Positions 11,468 to 20,327 are shown, counted from the first letter of the stretch. The stretch is 64,000 nt of DNA from an uncultured Candidatus Peribacteria bacterium (GCA_964601715.1 CAZROM010000002.1:2155-66154), one strand, 5' to 3'. A program made the numbers and translations. Notes: generated from the sequence alone by a model not told the origin.

Positions 11468-13045
11468 ATGCTCAATTCTCTCAAAGCAAAATTTGTCCTC
11501 GCGTTTGGAACATTGATTCTGGTTCTGTTCACTGTTTTGGGCTTGTTTTTGGTGGATGCGAAAACTCAAGAACTTTCTCTCGACATTGCCGACAGCACGC
11601 AAAGTTTTGCTCAGCTCACTTCTGAAAAATTTGTAGAAAGTTATGAGCAATATCTCAAACCCGGAAACTATTTGGCCTTCAGTCGTGAGGCTTCTGCCTT
11701 GCTGCGTCAAAATTCTTCCATCTCGGATTTCAAGATGTCGACCTATGGCGGCGTTGTACTTTTCATCTCTTCTGAAGAACAGACTGCTCGATACACAGGA
11801 ATGCTTCGCACCCTGACAAATCCCACGGAAGTGGAACGTTCTCAGGCCAACAAAACCTCTTTGCTTCTGAGTGATGGACGAGTTGTGTACATGAAAATCG
11901 ACGAGCAGAAACAAATTTCTTACGTGAATTTCAATGAGAATCCTGTGGCTGCGCCCGTGGCAGCCGATCGAATCGTGGACATTGTGGTTCCTGTGAACAA
12001 CGCTTATGCGCTCAAATACTCCGTGAGTTATCAACTGATGGAGGAGCGTCTCGCGGCGGCCAAACTCCAAATTGGAATCATTGCTTTGGTCGGCATGGTG
12101 CTGACTTTACTTTTGTCTTACATGCTTTCGGTGAGTGTGACCAATCCTCTCAAAGCGCTTAAGGAAGGCGCCATGAAGCTAGCGACAGGTGACTTCACCA
12201 CTCGAGTCATTGTTAAAACCAAGGATGAAGTGGGTCTTTTGGCCAGCACCTTCAATCAAATGGCCAAGGATTTGTCTGCTGCTCTTGAAATTCGTTTGTA
12301 CAAAGAACGTGTCACCAAAGAACTGGAATTGGCTGCGAAAATTCAAGCGGATCTGCTTCCGAAAGAACGAGTTCAATTGCCCACTTTGGATTTGGCGGGC
12401 GGACTTGATCCAGCCACTGAAATTGGAGGAGACGCGTTCGACTTCATTCCCACCGCATCCGGTGAAACCATTGTGTACTTGGGAGATGTGAGCGGGCACG
12501 GCGTGCCTGCTGGAATCTTATCCTCAATTGTGAATGGACTTTTGTACACGCTTCGTGACGAAACCGATTTGAAAAAGTTGGCACTGCGAATCAATGAAGT
12601 CATCCAAAAGAAATCTTCCAGCAACATGTTCATGAGCATGGGTCTCACACGTTGGAACCCAACGACGGGCGTGCTCAGTTATTTAAACGCAGGGCATCTT
12701 CCACTTTTGCATTACAGCGCAAAAGATAAGAAAGTGAATGAAATCAAATTGCCCGGAATTGCGTTCGGAATGGCGGATGATGTGACGAACTTACTCCAAG
12801 TTCTCGAGCTCAAACTCGATGCTGGCGATGTGATCGTTTTGTATTCCGACGGTTTCCCCGAAGCGCAAGATTTGCATCACGAACAGTATGGAATGCAACG
12901 ACTTCGCCGCATCGTGCAACAAGCCGGCGACGATTTGCTCACAGCGGAAGGCATCAAAAATGCAGTCTTTTCGGACGTGCTTCAATTCATCGACAAACAA
13001 GATCACCTCGACGACATCACGATTGTGGTGATGAAGAGGAAATAA
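11468..13045 (+). CDS. Membrane sensor with HAMP domain and PP2C/SpoIIE-type serine phosphatase domain (RsbU-like)
   Basis: TM1, a ~170-aa extracytoplasmic region, then TM2. The HAMP domain reads NPLKALKEGAMKLATGDFTTRV...DEVGLLASTFNQMAKDL. The PP2C domain reads AAKIQADLLP...EIGGDAFDF...VYLGDVSGHGVPAG...DGFPE...DDITIVV. An AGGAG Shine-Dalgarno sequence lies upstream. Confidence 0.85.
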   Translation: MLNSLKAKFVLAFGTLILVLFTVLGLFLVDAKTQELSLDIADSTQSFAQLTSEKFVESYEQYLKPGNYLAFSREASALLRQNSSISDFKMSTYGGVVLFISSEEQTARYTGMLRTLTNPTEVERSQANKTSLLLSDGRVVYMKIDEQKQISYVNFNENPVAAPVAADRIVDIVVPVNNAYALKYSVSYQLMEERLAAAKLQIGIIALVGMVLTLLLSYMLSVSVTNPLKALKEGAMKLATGDFTTRVIVKTKDEVGLLASTFNQMAKDLSAALEIRLYKERVTKELELAAKIQADLLPKERVQLPTLDLAGGLDPATEIGGDAFDFIPTASGETIVYLGDVSGHGVPAGILSSIVNGLLYTLRDETDLKKLALRINEVIQKKSSSNMFMSMGLTRWNPTTGVLSYLNAGHLPLLHYSAKDKKVNEIKLPGIAFGMADDVTNLLQVLELKLDAGDVIVLYSDGFPEAQDLHHEQYGMQRLRRIVQQAGDDLLTAEGIKNAVFSDVLQFIDKQDHLDDITIVVMKRK

Positions 13046-13109
13046 AAAAGGAAATCCCTCAGCGCTCCGGGCCGCTAGGCCGAGTCTTACTTTCGGGATT
13101 TCCTTTTTT
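13045..13109. terminator. Long-loop hairpin terminator between convergent genes
   Basis: The 14-bp stem AAAAAGGAAATCCC (13045-13058) / GGGATTTCCTTTTT (13095-13108) encloses a 36-nt loop. A T-run follows on the plus strand and an A-run corresponds to it on the minus strand. Confidence 0.7.
13059..13094 (+). repeat. Conserved 36-nt loop element, copy 1
   Basis: TCAGCGCTCCGGGCCGCTAGGCCGAGTCTTACTTTC is 33/36 identical to the reverse complement of 19005-19040. Confidence 0.85.
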
Positions 13110-13129
13110 ATTTCCTAAGTTCGAAGAAT

Positions 13130-14377
13130 TTAGCTTTCAATTCCAGGTACAGGGAATCCTTTGCAGAGTTCCTTCACTTCGCCTTGGACTTTGCTTTGAA
13201 CGGAAGCGTCGCTTGCGTTTGAAACGACTTCGTCGATCCAGCCTGCGAGGATTTTCATTTGGTCTTCCTTCATGCCACGAGTGGTGATCGCTGGAGTTCC
13301 CATACGGATTCCAGAAGGATCGAAAGGGGAGCGAGTGTCGAAAGGAACCATGTTCTTGTTGCAGGAGATTCCGGCGAGTTCCAAAGCTTTTTCAGCGTCT
13401 TTTCCAGGGACGCCCTTGCTCGCCATGGTGTCGATGAGCATGAGGTGGTTGTCGGTTCCGTTGGAAACGATTTTGAATCCGCGAGCCATGAGCTCGGCAG
13501 CGAGCACTTTGGCGTTGGCGATGACTTGGCGGCTGTATTCTTTGAATTCAGGCTTGAGCGCTTCTGCAAACGCAACGGCTTTGGCCGCATTGATGTGGTC
13601 GTGAGGTCCGCCTTGCATTCCAGGGAACACGGCTTTGTCGATGGCTTTGGCATACGCTTCTTTGCACATGATCATGGCGCCACGAGGTCCACGCAAAGTT
13701 TTGTGAGTTGTGGTGCTGACGATGTCAAAGTAAGGTACTGGATTTTCGAGTTGCCCCCCTGCGATGAGCCCAGCGATGTGAGCGATGTCGGCAAAAGTGA
13801 TGGCTCCAATCTTGTCTGCGATTTCTTTGAAACGTTTCCAGTCCATGCTGCGTGAGTAAGCGGAGAATCCAGCCACAATCATTTTTGGTTTTTCACGAAG
13901 CGCGATTTCTTCTACTTTATCCATGTCGATGATTCCGTTTTCTTCCACTCCGTAACGAACGAAGTCGTAGAGCATTCCGCTGAAGTTCACGGGGTGACCG
14001 TGGGAGAGGTGTCCTCCGTGATCCAAACTGAGTCCGAGCACTTTGTCACCGGGTTTGATGGTGGCGAAGTACACGGCTGCGTTGGCTGGGGATCCGGAGA
14101 GAGGTTGAACGTTCACGTGTTCGGCTCCAAACAATTCTTTAGCGCGATCGATGGCAAGAGTCTCGACGGTGTCGATGTTCACTTGTCCGGCGTAGTAACG
14201 CTTTCCTACATATCCTTCGGAATATTTGTTGGTCAAAATGGTTCCCATGGCTTCGAGCACGGCTGGGGAAACATAGTTTTCGGAAGCGATCAGTTCGAGT
14301 TCTTCGGATTGACGCTTGGACTCCGCCATGATGGCGTTGTAGATTGCGGGATCCTGAGCTTGGAGCTTGGGAAGCAT
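13130..14377 (-). CDS. glyA: Serine hydroxymethyltransferase
   Basis: [28 protein letters not shown] and the PLP-lysine block [12 protein letters not shown] are present. Confidence 0.97.
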   Translation of the reverse strand: MLPKLQAQDPAIYNAIMAESKRQSEELELIASENYVSPAVLEAMGTILTNKYSEGYVGKRYYAGQVNIDTVETLAIDRAKELFGAEHVNVQPLSGSPANAAVYFATIKPGDKVLGLSLDHGGHLSHGHPVNFSGMLYDFVRYGVEENGIIDMDKVEEIALREKPKMIVAGFSAYSRSMDWKRFKEIADKIGAITFADIAHIAGLIAGGQLENPVPYFDIVSTTTHKTLRGPRGAMIMCKEAYAKAIDKAVFPGMQGGPHDHINAAKAVAFAEALKPEFKEYSRQVIANAKVLAAELMARGFKIVSNGTDNHLMLIDTMASKGVPGKDAEKALELAGISCNKNMVPFDTRSPFDPSGIRMGTPAITTRGMKEDQMKILAGWIDEVVSNASDASVQSKVQGEVKELCKGFPVPGIES

Positions 14378-14388
14378 GGGGGAAGGGG

Positions 14389-14940
14389 TTAGAAGGTGTA
14401 AGTATGGGTGTCCGTGAGGACGAGATCAACAGGCACATCGTGGCTTTCGGTGGGCAATTCTTCGGTCACTTGTTCATCAAAAGCCAGAGCGACTTTAAAG
14501 CCCTTTGTTTCTTTGAGCAAGCGATCGTAAAAGCCTTTGCCATGTCCGAGGCGATTGCCTTTGAGGTCGAAGGCAAGCCCTGGAATCACGATGAGGTCGA
14601 TGCTTTGTGGATGAGCGAGGTTTTGGGTTTCACGGGGTTCAAGAATGCCGATTTCGCTGGGACTGAGTTCATCGAGAGAGTTGAGTGGGCAGAGCAAAAG
14701 ATTCAGTCCGTCGACTTTGGGTGCGAACACCGTTTTGCCGAGCGCGAGGCTCTGCTCAATTGCGTCGTGGGTGGCCACTTCTTCAGGAGTGGAGACATAA
14801 AAAAGGACGCTTTTGGCGTCTTTGAATTCTTGGAGTTCGAGAAGTTTGCGAGTGATGAGGAGACTTTTTTCCTCGCGGACGGTTGGCAGAAGCGTGAGTC
14901 GCTTCTCCCCAAATTGCTTTCGAAGAGCTTGTTTGTTCAT
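14389..14940 (-). CDS. 5-formyltetrahydrofolate cyclo-ligase
   Basis: [10 protein letters not shown]...LFYVS...EIGILEP...[24 protein letters not shown]...[11 protein letters not shown]. The start is the ATG at 14940. It sits directly upstream of glyA. Confidence 0.85.
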   Translation of the reverse strand: MNKQALRKQFGEKRLTLLPTVREEKSLLITRKLLELQEFKDAKSVLFYVSTPEEVATHDAIEQSLALGKTVFAPKVDGLNLLLCPLNSLDELSPSEIGILEPRETQNLAHPQSIDLIVIPGLAFDLKGNRLGHGKGFYDRLLKETKGFKVALAFDEQVTEELPTESHDVPVDLVLTDTHTYTF

Positions 14941-15065
14941 TGGGATGAAACCGTGACCAGTGTGAGGCCGTAGACCCCTTTTGTAAAGCAAAAAATGGTG
15001 CTAAATTAGGGCCACACGCGTTCTCAAATCTCACGACCTTATTCTTTTCTTTAAATATTATTTTT

Positions 15066-16271
15066 ATGGAGAATTCTCTGAAAAAAACTATTTTATTCAC
15101 CGCTTTGGTTTCTGTTGTTTGCGGAGCCTTAGGGGGAGGACTGATCTCGGCATTGGTCCTGACCACGGTGCCCAATTCCACTGTTGAAACGGGTGGCAAC
15201 ACGACTATTACGATGGAAGGTGGCTTTGGCGAAGTGGTCCAAAAAACTTCCCCTGCAGTGGTTTCGGTGGTGGCCCTCAAAGACGTTTCGGCTTCGAGTC
15301 AAAATCTAAACTTTGGCCCCTTCCAATTTTTTGGAATGACGCCTGAACAAACTCAACCCACGGAGCCAGATGAGAATGACGAACCCAATCTATCTGAAGT
15401 CAGCAGTGGAACGGGTTTCATTGTGACGGCGGATGGACTGGTGGTGACGAACAAACACGTGGTCTCAGATGAAGAGGCGACTTATGTGGTGATTTTGGAT
15501 GATGGAACGCAGCTCGATGCGGACGTGCTCGCCAAAGACTCTTTGAACGACATCGCTTTGCTGCAAATCACAGGGGACGATGATCGCATCGGTGAATTGC
15601 CCAGTTTGAGCTTTGCCGATTCCGATCAAATTCAGGTTGGCGATCCGGTCCTTGCCATTGGCAATGCGCTGGGTGAATATTCCAACACAACGACTTCTGG
15701 AATCATCTCTGCTACGGATCGCCAAATCGTGGCGAGCGGCGCGGGATTCGGTTCAGAAAACTTGGTGAATTTGATTCAAACCGATGCAGCCATCAATCCA
15801 GGCAACAGCGGAGGTCCACTTCTGAATTTGGCTGGAGAAGTGGTGGGAATGAACACCGCCATCGACACGACGGCCAGCGGAATTGGGTTTGCGATTCCTG
15901 CGAATGACATTGCTGTGGTTCTCAAGTCTTATCAAGAGAATGGAGAAATCGTCCGTGCCTTCTTCGGAGTCCGTTATGTGCCTGTGACTCCTCGTCTTGA
16001 AGAACACTTCAGTTTGACCGTGGATCACGGAGCTTATGTGATTGGCGATCCCAACTCTGGCCCTGGCGTGGTGGATGGAAGTCCTGCCGATAAAGCAGGG
16101 ATTCTGGAAGGGGATGTGATTTTATCCGTGAATGGAAAAGACATCACCGAAGAATTTTCACTTCAAAATGCCATTGCGCAGTACGCCGTGGGTGACACGG
16201 TTAAAGTTCAGGTTTCCCGTGATGGTAAAACGTTGGACTTGGATGTGAAGCTTGAAAAGAGCGAGCAATGA
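15066..16271 (+). CDS. HtrA/DegP-family serine protease with PDZ domain
   Basis: An N-terminal TM anchor is present. The catalytic triad blocks are TNKHVV, NDIALLQI and GNSGGPLLN. The PDZ domain reads GSPADKAGILEGDVILSVNGKDI. Confidence 0.9.
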   Translation: MENSLKKTILFTALVSVVCGALGGGLISALVLTTVPNSTVETGGNTTITMEGGFGEVVQKTSPAVVSVVALKDVSASSQNLNFGPFQFFGMTPEQTQPTEPDENDEPNLSEVSSGTGFIVTADGLVVTNKHVVSDEEATYVVILDDGTQLDADVLAKDSLNDIALLQITGDDDRIGELPSLSFADSDQIQVGDPVLAIGNALGEYSNTTTSGIISATDRQIVASGAGFGSENLVNLIQTDAAINPGNSGGPLLNLAGEVVGMNTAIDTTASGIGFAIPANDIAVVLKSYQENGEIVRAFFGVRYVPVTPRLEEHFSLTVDHGAYVIGDPNSGPGVVDGSPADKAGILEGDVILSVNGKDITEEFSLQNAIAQYAVGDTVKVQVSRDGKTLDLDVKLEKSEQ

Positions 16272-16276
16272 AGTTC

Positions 16277-16353
16277 TGGTGGGCAATAATGGACTCGAAC
16301 CATCGACCTCACGAATGTGAATCGTGCGCTCTAACCAGCTGAGCTAATTGCCC
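16277..16353 (-). tRNA. tRNA-Val (anticodon CAC)
   Basis: The acceptor stem is GGGCAAT/ATTGCCC and the anticodon loop is TTCACAT. CCA is encoded. Confidence 0.93.
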
Positions 16354-16809
16354 ACGTGGACCGATTTTAGTAGTAGTTTTGATGGAATGCAATTGGGCTT
16401 GTTCCCACGCCCTCAAGAAATCATCACAGTGTGCTGTGGGTGGGGCAACAATGATCCCCACATCACCTCTGCATACGAGTCTGTCCACTAAAACTTCCCA
16501 GCCTTCGCTTGGAGATCCTGCTGTAGTGATGGCGTGAGCAACACCTTGAGTTACGCAGACGACCGTTGGTATCGAGTTCGCAATTTTATCTAGGACGGAA
16601 TCAAGATCCCAGCGTAATCCACTTCGTCGAGGTGCTTCAACTAAAGCACCACTAAACAGTTTTGGTCCAAGTCGTCCACTTTCGATGCCCAACACAGCGG
16701 GGAGCGCACCTTCGTAGTGCATGTTGCCTCTTCCCATGGCTATTGCTTCGCGTAAGTAGGGAGGGCTGTTTTCTCCTCGAGTGATTAAGATGGAATTTTC
16801 TATCACCAC
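16309..16809 (-). CDS. Hypothetical ORF or possible gene remnant between two tRNA-Val genes
   Basis: This is a 166-codon open frame. It starts at a GTG immediately after an in-frame TAG, and the first ATG is codon 24. The last 15 codons are made of tRNA-Val(CAC) sequence. I recognised no family. Confidence 0.3.
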   Translation of the reverse strand: MVIENSILITRGENSPPYLREAIAMGRGNMHYEGALPAVLGIESGRLGPKLFSGALVEAPRRSGLRWDLDSVLDKIANSIPTVVCVTQGVAHAITTAGSPSEGWEVLVDRLVCRGDVGIIVAPPTAHCDDFLRAWEQAQLHSIKTTTKIGPRGQLAQLVRAHDSHS

Positions 16810-16869
16810 TAAATTTTAGAACCTTTTTCGCTTACGTCAATAGACCCACCATCTTTCTAAGTGAATTGA

Positions 16870-16946
16870 TGGTGGGCGCTGAGGGATTCGAACCCCCGAC
16901 CCTCTCGGTGTAAACGAGATGCTCTAGCCAACTGAGCTAAGCGCCC
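16870..16946 (-). tRNA. tRNA-Val (anticodon UAC)
   Basis: The acceptor stem is GGGCGCT/AGCGCCC and the anticodon loop is TTTACAC. CCA is encoded. Confidence 0.93.
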
Positions 16947-16987
16947 ACATAAGTGGATGACTTCGGACGACTCGGCGATGCCGAGAA

Positions 16988-17076
16988 TGGTGCGCAGGAG
17001 AGGACTTGAACCTCCAATCCCGGTAAAAGGAGCTACCACCTCAAGGTAGTGCGTCTGCCAATTTCGCCACCTGCGC
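16988..17076 (-). tRNA. tRNA-Leu (anticodon GAG), long variable arm
   Basis: 89 nt long. The acceptor stem starts GCGCAGG, the anticodon loop is TTGAGGT, and the variable arm is extended. CCA is encoded. Confidence 0.9.
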
Positions 17077-17164
17077 GTTTGTTTTCGTCGAAGTGCCGAC
17101 CGATTATAGCGAATCTTGCGAAATGCACAAGATTTTTATATGCTATTTTTACACGCCAACCTAA

Positions 17165-18472
17165 ATGCCTGATTTTTTCCACTTTTTTGAAGACCTTGGT
17201 CTTGCCTTGCTCATGGGTAGCTTGATTGGCCTCGAGCGTGAGAGAAATCATAAAGATTTGAAGAATGCGCAGGAAACGCATGAGTTTGGAGGTTTGCGTA
17301 CCATGGCGCTCGTCACCATGTATGGATTTTTGGCTTACCGTTTGTTCTTCGACAATGTTTTGGTCTTCGCCCTGCTCACGGCGGCTTATTTTGCTTTGGT
17401 GGTGGCGTCCTATGTGATGTCTTCCGTCCAAAATAAAAATTCGGGTGCCACAACAGAAGTGGCGGGCCTTTTTGCATATTTAATAGGAATGCTCGTTGGA
17501 ATGGGAGGTCAGGAAGAGCTGTATGCGACGGTGATCACGCTTCTAGTGGTGCTCATCATGTACTTTAAGGCGCCTTTGCATCGCTTCGCTCATCAGATCG
17601 GGAACGCCGAGCTCTACGACACGCTCAAGTTCATTGCGGTGGTTTTTGTGGTTTTGCCGTTGCTGCCCAATCAGTTCTATGGACCTTTGGACGTGCTCAA
17701 TCCTTACGAGATCTGGTTCGTGGTGGTTCTGATCTGTTCCATCTCCTTTGCCAGCTACATCGGGATCAAGCTCTTGGGGCCCAAAAATGGAATCGGTTTT
17801 GGAGGATTTTTAGGGGGACTGATCTCATCCACGGCCGTGGCTCTGAGTTTTTCAGCCTTGAGCAAGAAGTCTCAGAAAGTTGTGAATCCTTTTATTTTTG
17901 GAATTTTGATCGCGGCTTCCGCCATGTTTGTGCGTGTTTTGTTCACTATTTCGGTCATCAACAAAGATCTGCTCGGCTATCTGCTTTTGCCTTTGCTCGC
18001 GATGGGCGGAACGGGTTTTGTGATCGCTCTTTATTATTGGTTTAAAAAACGTGGGCAGCCCAGTGCAGACGTTTCTGCCAAAGATTTAGATTTGAAAAGT
18101 CCTTTTGAACTGGGTTCGGCCATCAAGTTTGGAGTGATTTTCGCGGCTTTGCTTTTTGCCTCTAAATTTGCCGCCAACAGTTTTGGCGATGTGGGACTTT
18201 ATCTGACAGCATTCCTTTCGGGAACCTTTGATGTGGACGCGATTACGGTTTCGATGGCGCATTTGAGCATGGCGGGCAATATCACGCCACATACCGGTGC
18301 ACTGGGAGTTCTTATCGCGGTGATGACGAACACGCTCTCAAAGGGCTGTATTGTTCTGTTCTTTGCCTCTCGTGAGGTGGGCAAGCGCACTTTGTTTGCG
18401 ACGCTGCTCATCATTGCGGCAGGTTGTCTGACTTTCTTTATCCCTGCAAGTTATGGTGCTTTTACATTCTAA
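17165..18472 (+). CDS. MgtC/SapB-family membrane protein with C-terminal DUF4010-like region
   Basis: LLMGSLIGLERERNHKD...GGLRTMALV is the MgtC signature. About 10 further TM helices follow. Confidence 0.75.
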   Translation: MPDFFHFFEDLGLALLMGSLIGLERERNHKDLKNAQETHEFGGLRTMALVTMYGFLAYRLFFDNVLVFALLTAAYFALVVASYVMSSVQNKNSGATTEVAGLFAYLIGMLVGMGGQEELYATVITLLVVLIMYFKAPLHRFAHQIGNAELYDTLKFIAVVFVVLPLLPNQFYGPLDVLNPYEIWFVVVLICSISFASYIGIKLLGPKNGIGFGGFLGGLISSTAVALSFSALSKKSQKVVNPFIFGILIAASAMFVRVLFTISVINKDLLGYLLLPLLAMGGTGFVIALYYWFKKRGQPSADVSAKDLDLKSPFELGSAIKFGVIFAALLFASKFAANSFGDVGLYLTAFLSGTFDVDAITVSMAHLSMAGNITPHTGALGVLIAVMTNTLSKGCIVLFFASREVGKRTLFATLLIIAAGCLTFFIPASYGAFTF

Positions 18473-18473
18473 A

Positions 18474-18968
18474 ATGGTTCCGCTGGGCACGCCGGCTCCT
18501 GATTTTGATCTGCTCGGAATCGATGGAGAGCGTCACACTTTGGCCGATTACGCTCGTGCGAAGGTTTTGGTGGTGGTGTTCATGTGCAACCATTGCCCTT
18601 ATGTGCAGAAGATTTGGGACGATTTGGTGGCTTTGGATAAGGCTTCTTCGGCCGAAGTTCAGTTCGTGGGCATCAACCCCAATGGAGGGAATCCCGCTTA
18701 TCCCGAAGATGCATTTGATAAAATGAAGGAGTACGCGGCGCAAAAAAGTCAGGAATTCCCTTATTTGTTGGATGAGAATCAGGAGGCGGGCCGTGCTTTT
18801 GAAGCAGAATGCACGCCTGACTTCTTTGTCTATGACGAAGCAAGGGCGCTCGCTTATCGCGGCGCTTTTGAAGGTCTCGGCTCAGCGATTGACGCTCTTT
18901 TGAAAGGACAAGCGCCCGCTCAAAATCAAAGCCATTCGATGGGCTGCTCTATAAAATGGGCTGTTTAA
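18474..18968 (+). CDS. Thioredoxin-fold protein (TlpA/AhpC-TSA-like)
   Basis: GTPAPDFDL..IDGERHTL...KVLVVVFMCNHCPYV contains a CxxC motif. The ATG at 18474 lies one nt after the upstream stop. Confidence 0.8.
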   Translation: MVPLGTPAPDFDLLGIDGERHTLADYARAKVLVVVFMCNHCPYVQKIWDDLVALDKASSAEVQFVGINPNGGNPAYPEDAFDKMKEYAAQKSQEFPYLLDENQEAGRAFEAECTPDFFVYDEARALAYRGAFEGLGSAIDALLKGQAPAQNQSHSMGCSIKWAV

Positions 18969-18981
18969 GGTTAAAACCCTC

Positions 18982-19065
18982 AAAACATTTAAAAAGATTT
19001 CTTCGCAAGTGAGACTTGGCCTAGCGGCCCGGAGCGCTGAGAAGAAATCTTTTTAAAATGTTTTT
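18982..19065. terminator. Long-loop hairpin terminator between convergent genes
   Basis: AAAACATTTAAAAAGATTTCTTC (18982-19004) pairs with GAAGAAATCTTTTTAAAATGTTTT (19041-19064) with a one-nt bulge. The loop is 36 nt. Confidence 0.65.
19005..19040 (-). repeat. Conserved 36-nt loop element, copy 2 (inverted relative to copy 1)
   Basis: The reverse complement, TCAGCGCTCCGGGCCGCTAGGCCAAGTCTCACTTGC, is 33/36 identical to 13059-13094. Confidence 0.85.
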
Positions 19066-19088
19066 GCCTTAGAAGCTTCTGTTTAACC

Positions 19089-20165
19089 TTAAACAAGTCT
19101 CGTTAAGGTGTATTTATCGCGTCCCACGCGAGCGAATTGATTCTTGTTTTTGAGGTTCAAGTAGATGGTGATGGTCTTCACGTGTCGTTGATCGAGCACG
19201 GCTTTGGTGATTTCTTCACGGCTGCGAGCCACTCCATCCGATAGGATTTCGGTGATCACATCGGCGACGGTACCTGTTTTGTAGCCCCATTCTTTGAGGG
19301 CGTAGATTCCACGTCCGATCAGAATGAAGTTTTCGTTGCGGATGAGTTCGTTGTGCACGGCTTGTACGTTCACGCGTTTGGAGTCGAAGTCCGATTCTCG
19401 AATGAGGAGCGCCAACTTTTCGAAGTGAAGAGGTTTCTTTTCTCGGTTCAAAACGAAGGCGATCTTGTCTTTGAGCGTGCGAGGATTGATGTGTCTCCAG
19501 CTGTAGAGTCCCACTCCTTGATCGGTGAGTTTGTACTCTTTTACGATGCGGAGAATGTTGGTGATTTGGTTCACCGTCAGATCACTTTCAACGGCTTCGT
19601 TGATCTTTTCAGCCAATTTATCCACGGGCAGAACGTGCTTGTTCTTGCTGAGGAATTTGATCCCTGCGTTGCCGGCTTTGCTCACAAAAGCTTCGTTGAA
19701 GCGAGCGGTTCTCCAGTAAGGATTGGTTTTGAGGGTGTTGGATTCGAAGTGGATGTCGCTGTCTAAAGAAAGGGCGAGGTGCAAATCTTGAATTTCTTGA
19801 GCGCTGATGTTTGGCAAAATCTTGAGGAGCAGTTCTTTGAAGTGTTCGTCGGAAGCGATTCCGCCTTCTTTTTCGAGGAGAGCCTTGGAGAATTCGCTGA
19901 GGATTTTAAGATTGGTGTTTTGGGCGTTGCGTTCCAATTTGCGGAGCGCGGTCTTTTCGATTTGACGCACACGTTCGCGGGTGACCCCGAAGTGCTGTCC
20001 AATTTCCTCAAGCGTTTGCTTTTCGGTGGTTTCCAGCGCAAAGCGGTTCTTGATGATGTACTTTTCTTTGTCGGAAAGAACGATCAAGAGATTTTCCACC
20101 AAGTCATGCAATTTGATGTCTTGGGGTGAAAGCTTGCGATCGAACGTGAAGTTCGTGTTAACCAT
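19089..20165 (-). CDS. Sigma-70 region-4 HTH protein with C-terminal HARE-HTH-like domains
   Basis: LSDKEKYIIKNRFALETTEKQTLEEIGQHFGVTRERVRQIEKTALRKL is a region-4 motif. The C-terminal blocks LIGRGIYALKEWGY and FARVGRDKYTL resemble HARE-HTH / RNAP delta-like folds. Confidence 0.6.
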   Translation of the reverse strand: MVNTNFTFDRKLSPQDIKLHDLVENLLIVLSDKEKYIIKNRFALETTEKQTLEEIGQHFGVTRERVRQIEKTALRKLERNAQNTNLKILSEFSKALLEKEGGIASDEHFKELLLKILPNISAQEIQDLHLALSLDSDIHFESNTLKTNPYWRTARFNEAFVSKAGNAGIKFLSKNKHVLPVDKLAEKINEAVESDLTVNQITNILRIVKEYKLTDQGVGLYSWRHINPRTLKDKIAFVLNREKKPLHFEKLALLIRESDFDSKRVNVQAVHNELIRNENFILIGRGIYALKEWGYKTGTVADVITEILSDGVARSREEITKAVLDQRHVKTITIYLNLKNKNQFARVGRDKYTLTRLV

Positions 20166-20327
20166 TTTGACAGTGGGTAAGGGGGTTGACGGAATTTTTG
20201 TTATTTTCCCGCCGATGACAACCCAGATTCTCCGACAATTTCAAAATTTGTAAAGAGCTAGACCCCCATTTGGTGTTGTCAAAATTATTGACAGCTAGGA
20301 TCTCTAATCTGTAATTCCGCTAATAGG

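Noticed and set aside
11420-12070. A 216-aa minus-strand ORF runs antisense to the HAMP-PP2C sensor gene, and a 187-aa ORF at 10654-11217 runs antisense to the SBP gene.
   Set aside because: The sense-strand genes have clear domain signatures. The antisense products are R/H/F-rich with no motifs.
13259-14973. Long plus-strand ORFs (13259-13855, 13994-14392, 14344-14973) run antisense to glyA and the 5-FTHF cyclo-ligase gene.
   Set aside because: glyA and the cyclo-ligase gene are unambiguous on the minus strand, so these are shadow ORFs.
20270-20290. The inverted repeat TTGTCAA-aatta-TTGACAg upstream of the sigma-r4 gene could be an operator or a pair of bidirectional -35 boxes.
   Set aside because: Only 6 of 7 positions pair, and no -10 box lies at a suitable distance on either strand. 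That is too weak to call.
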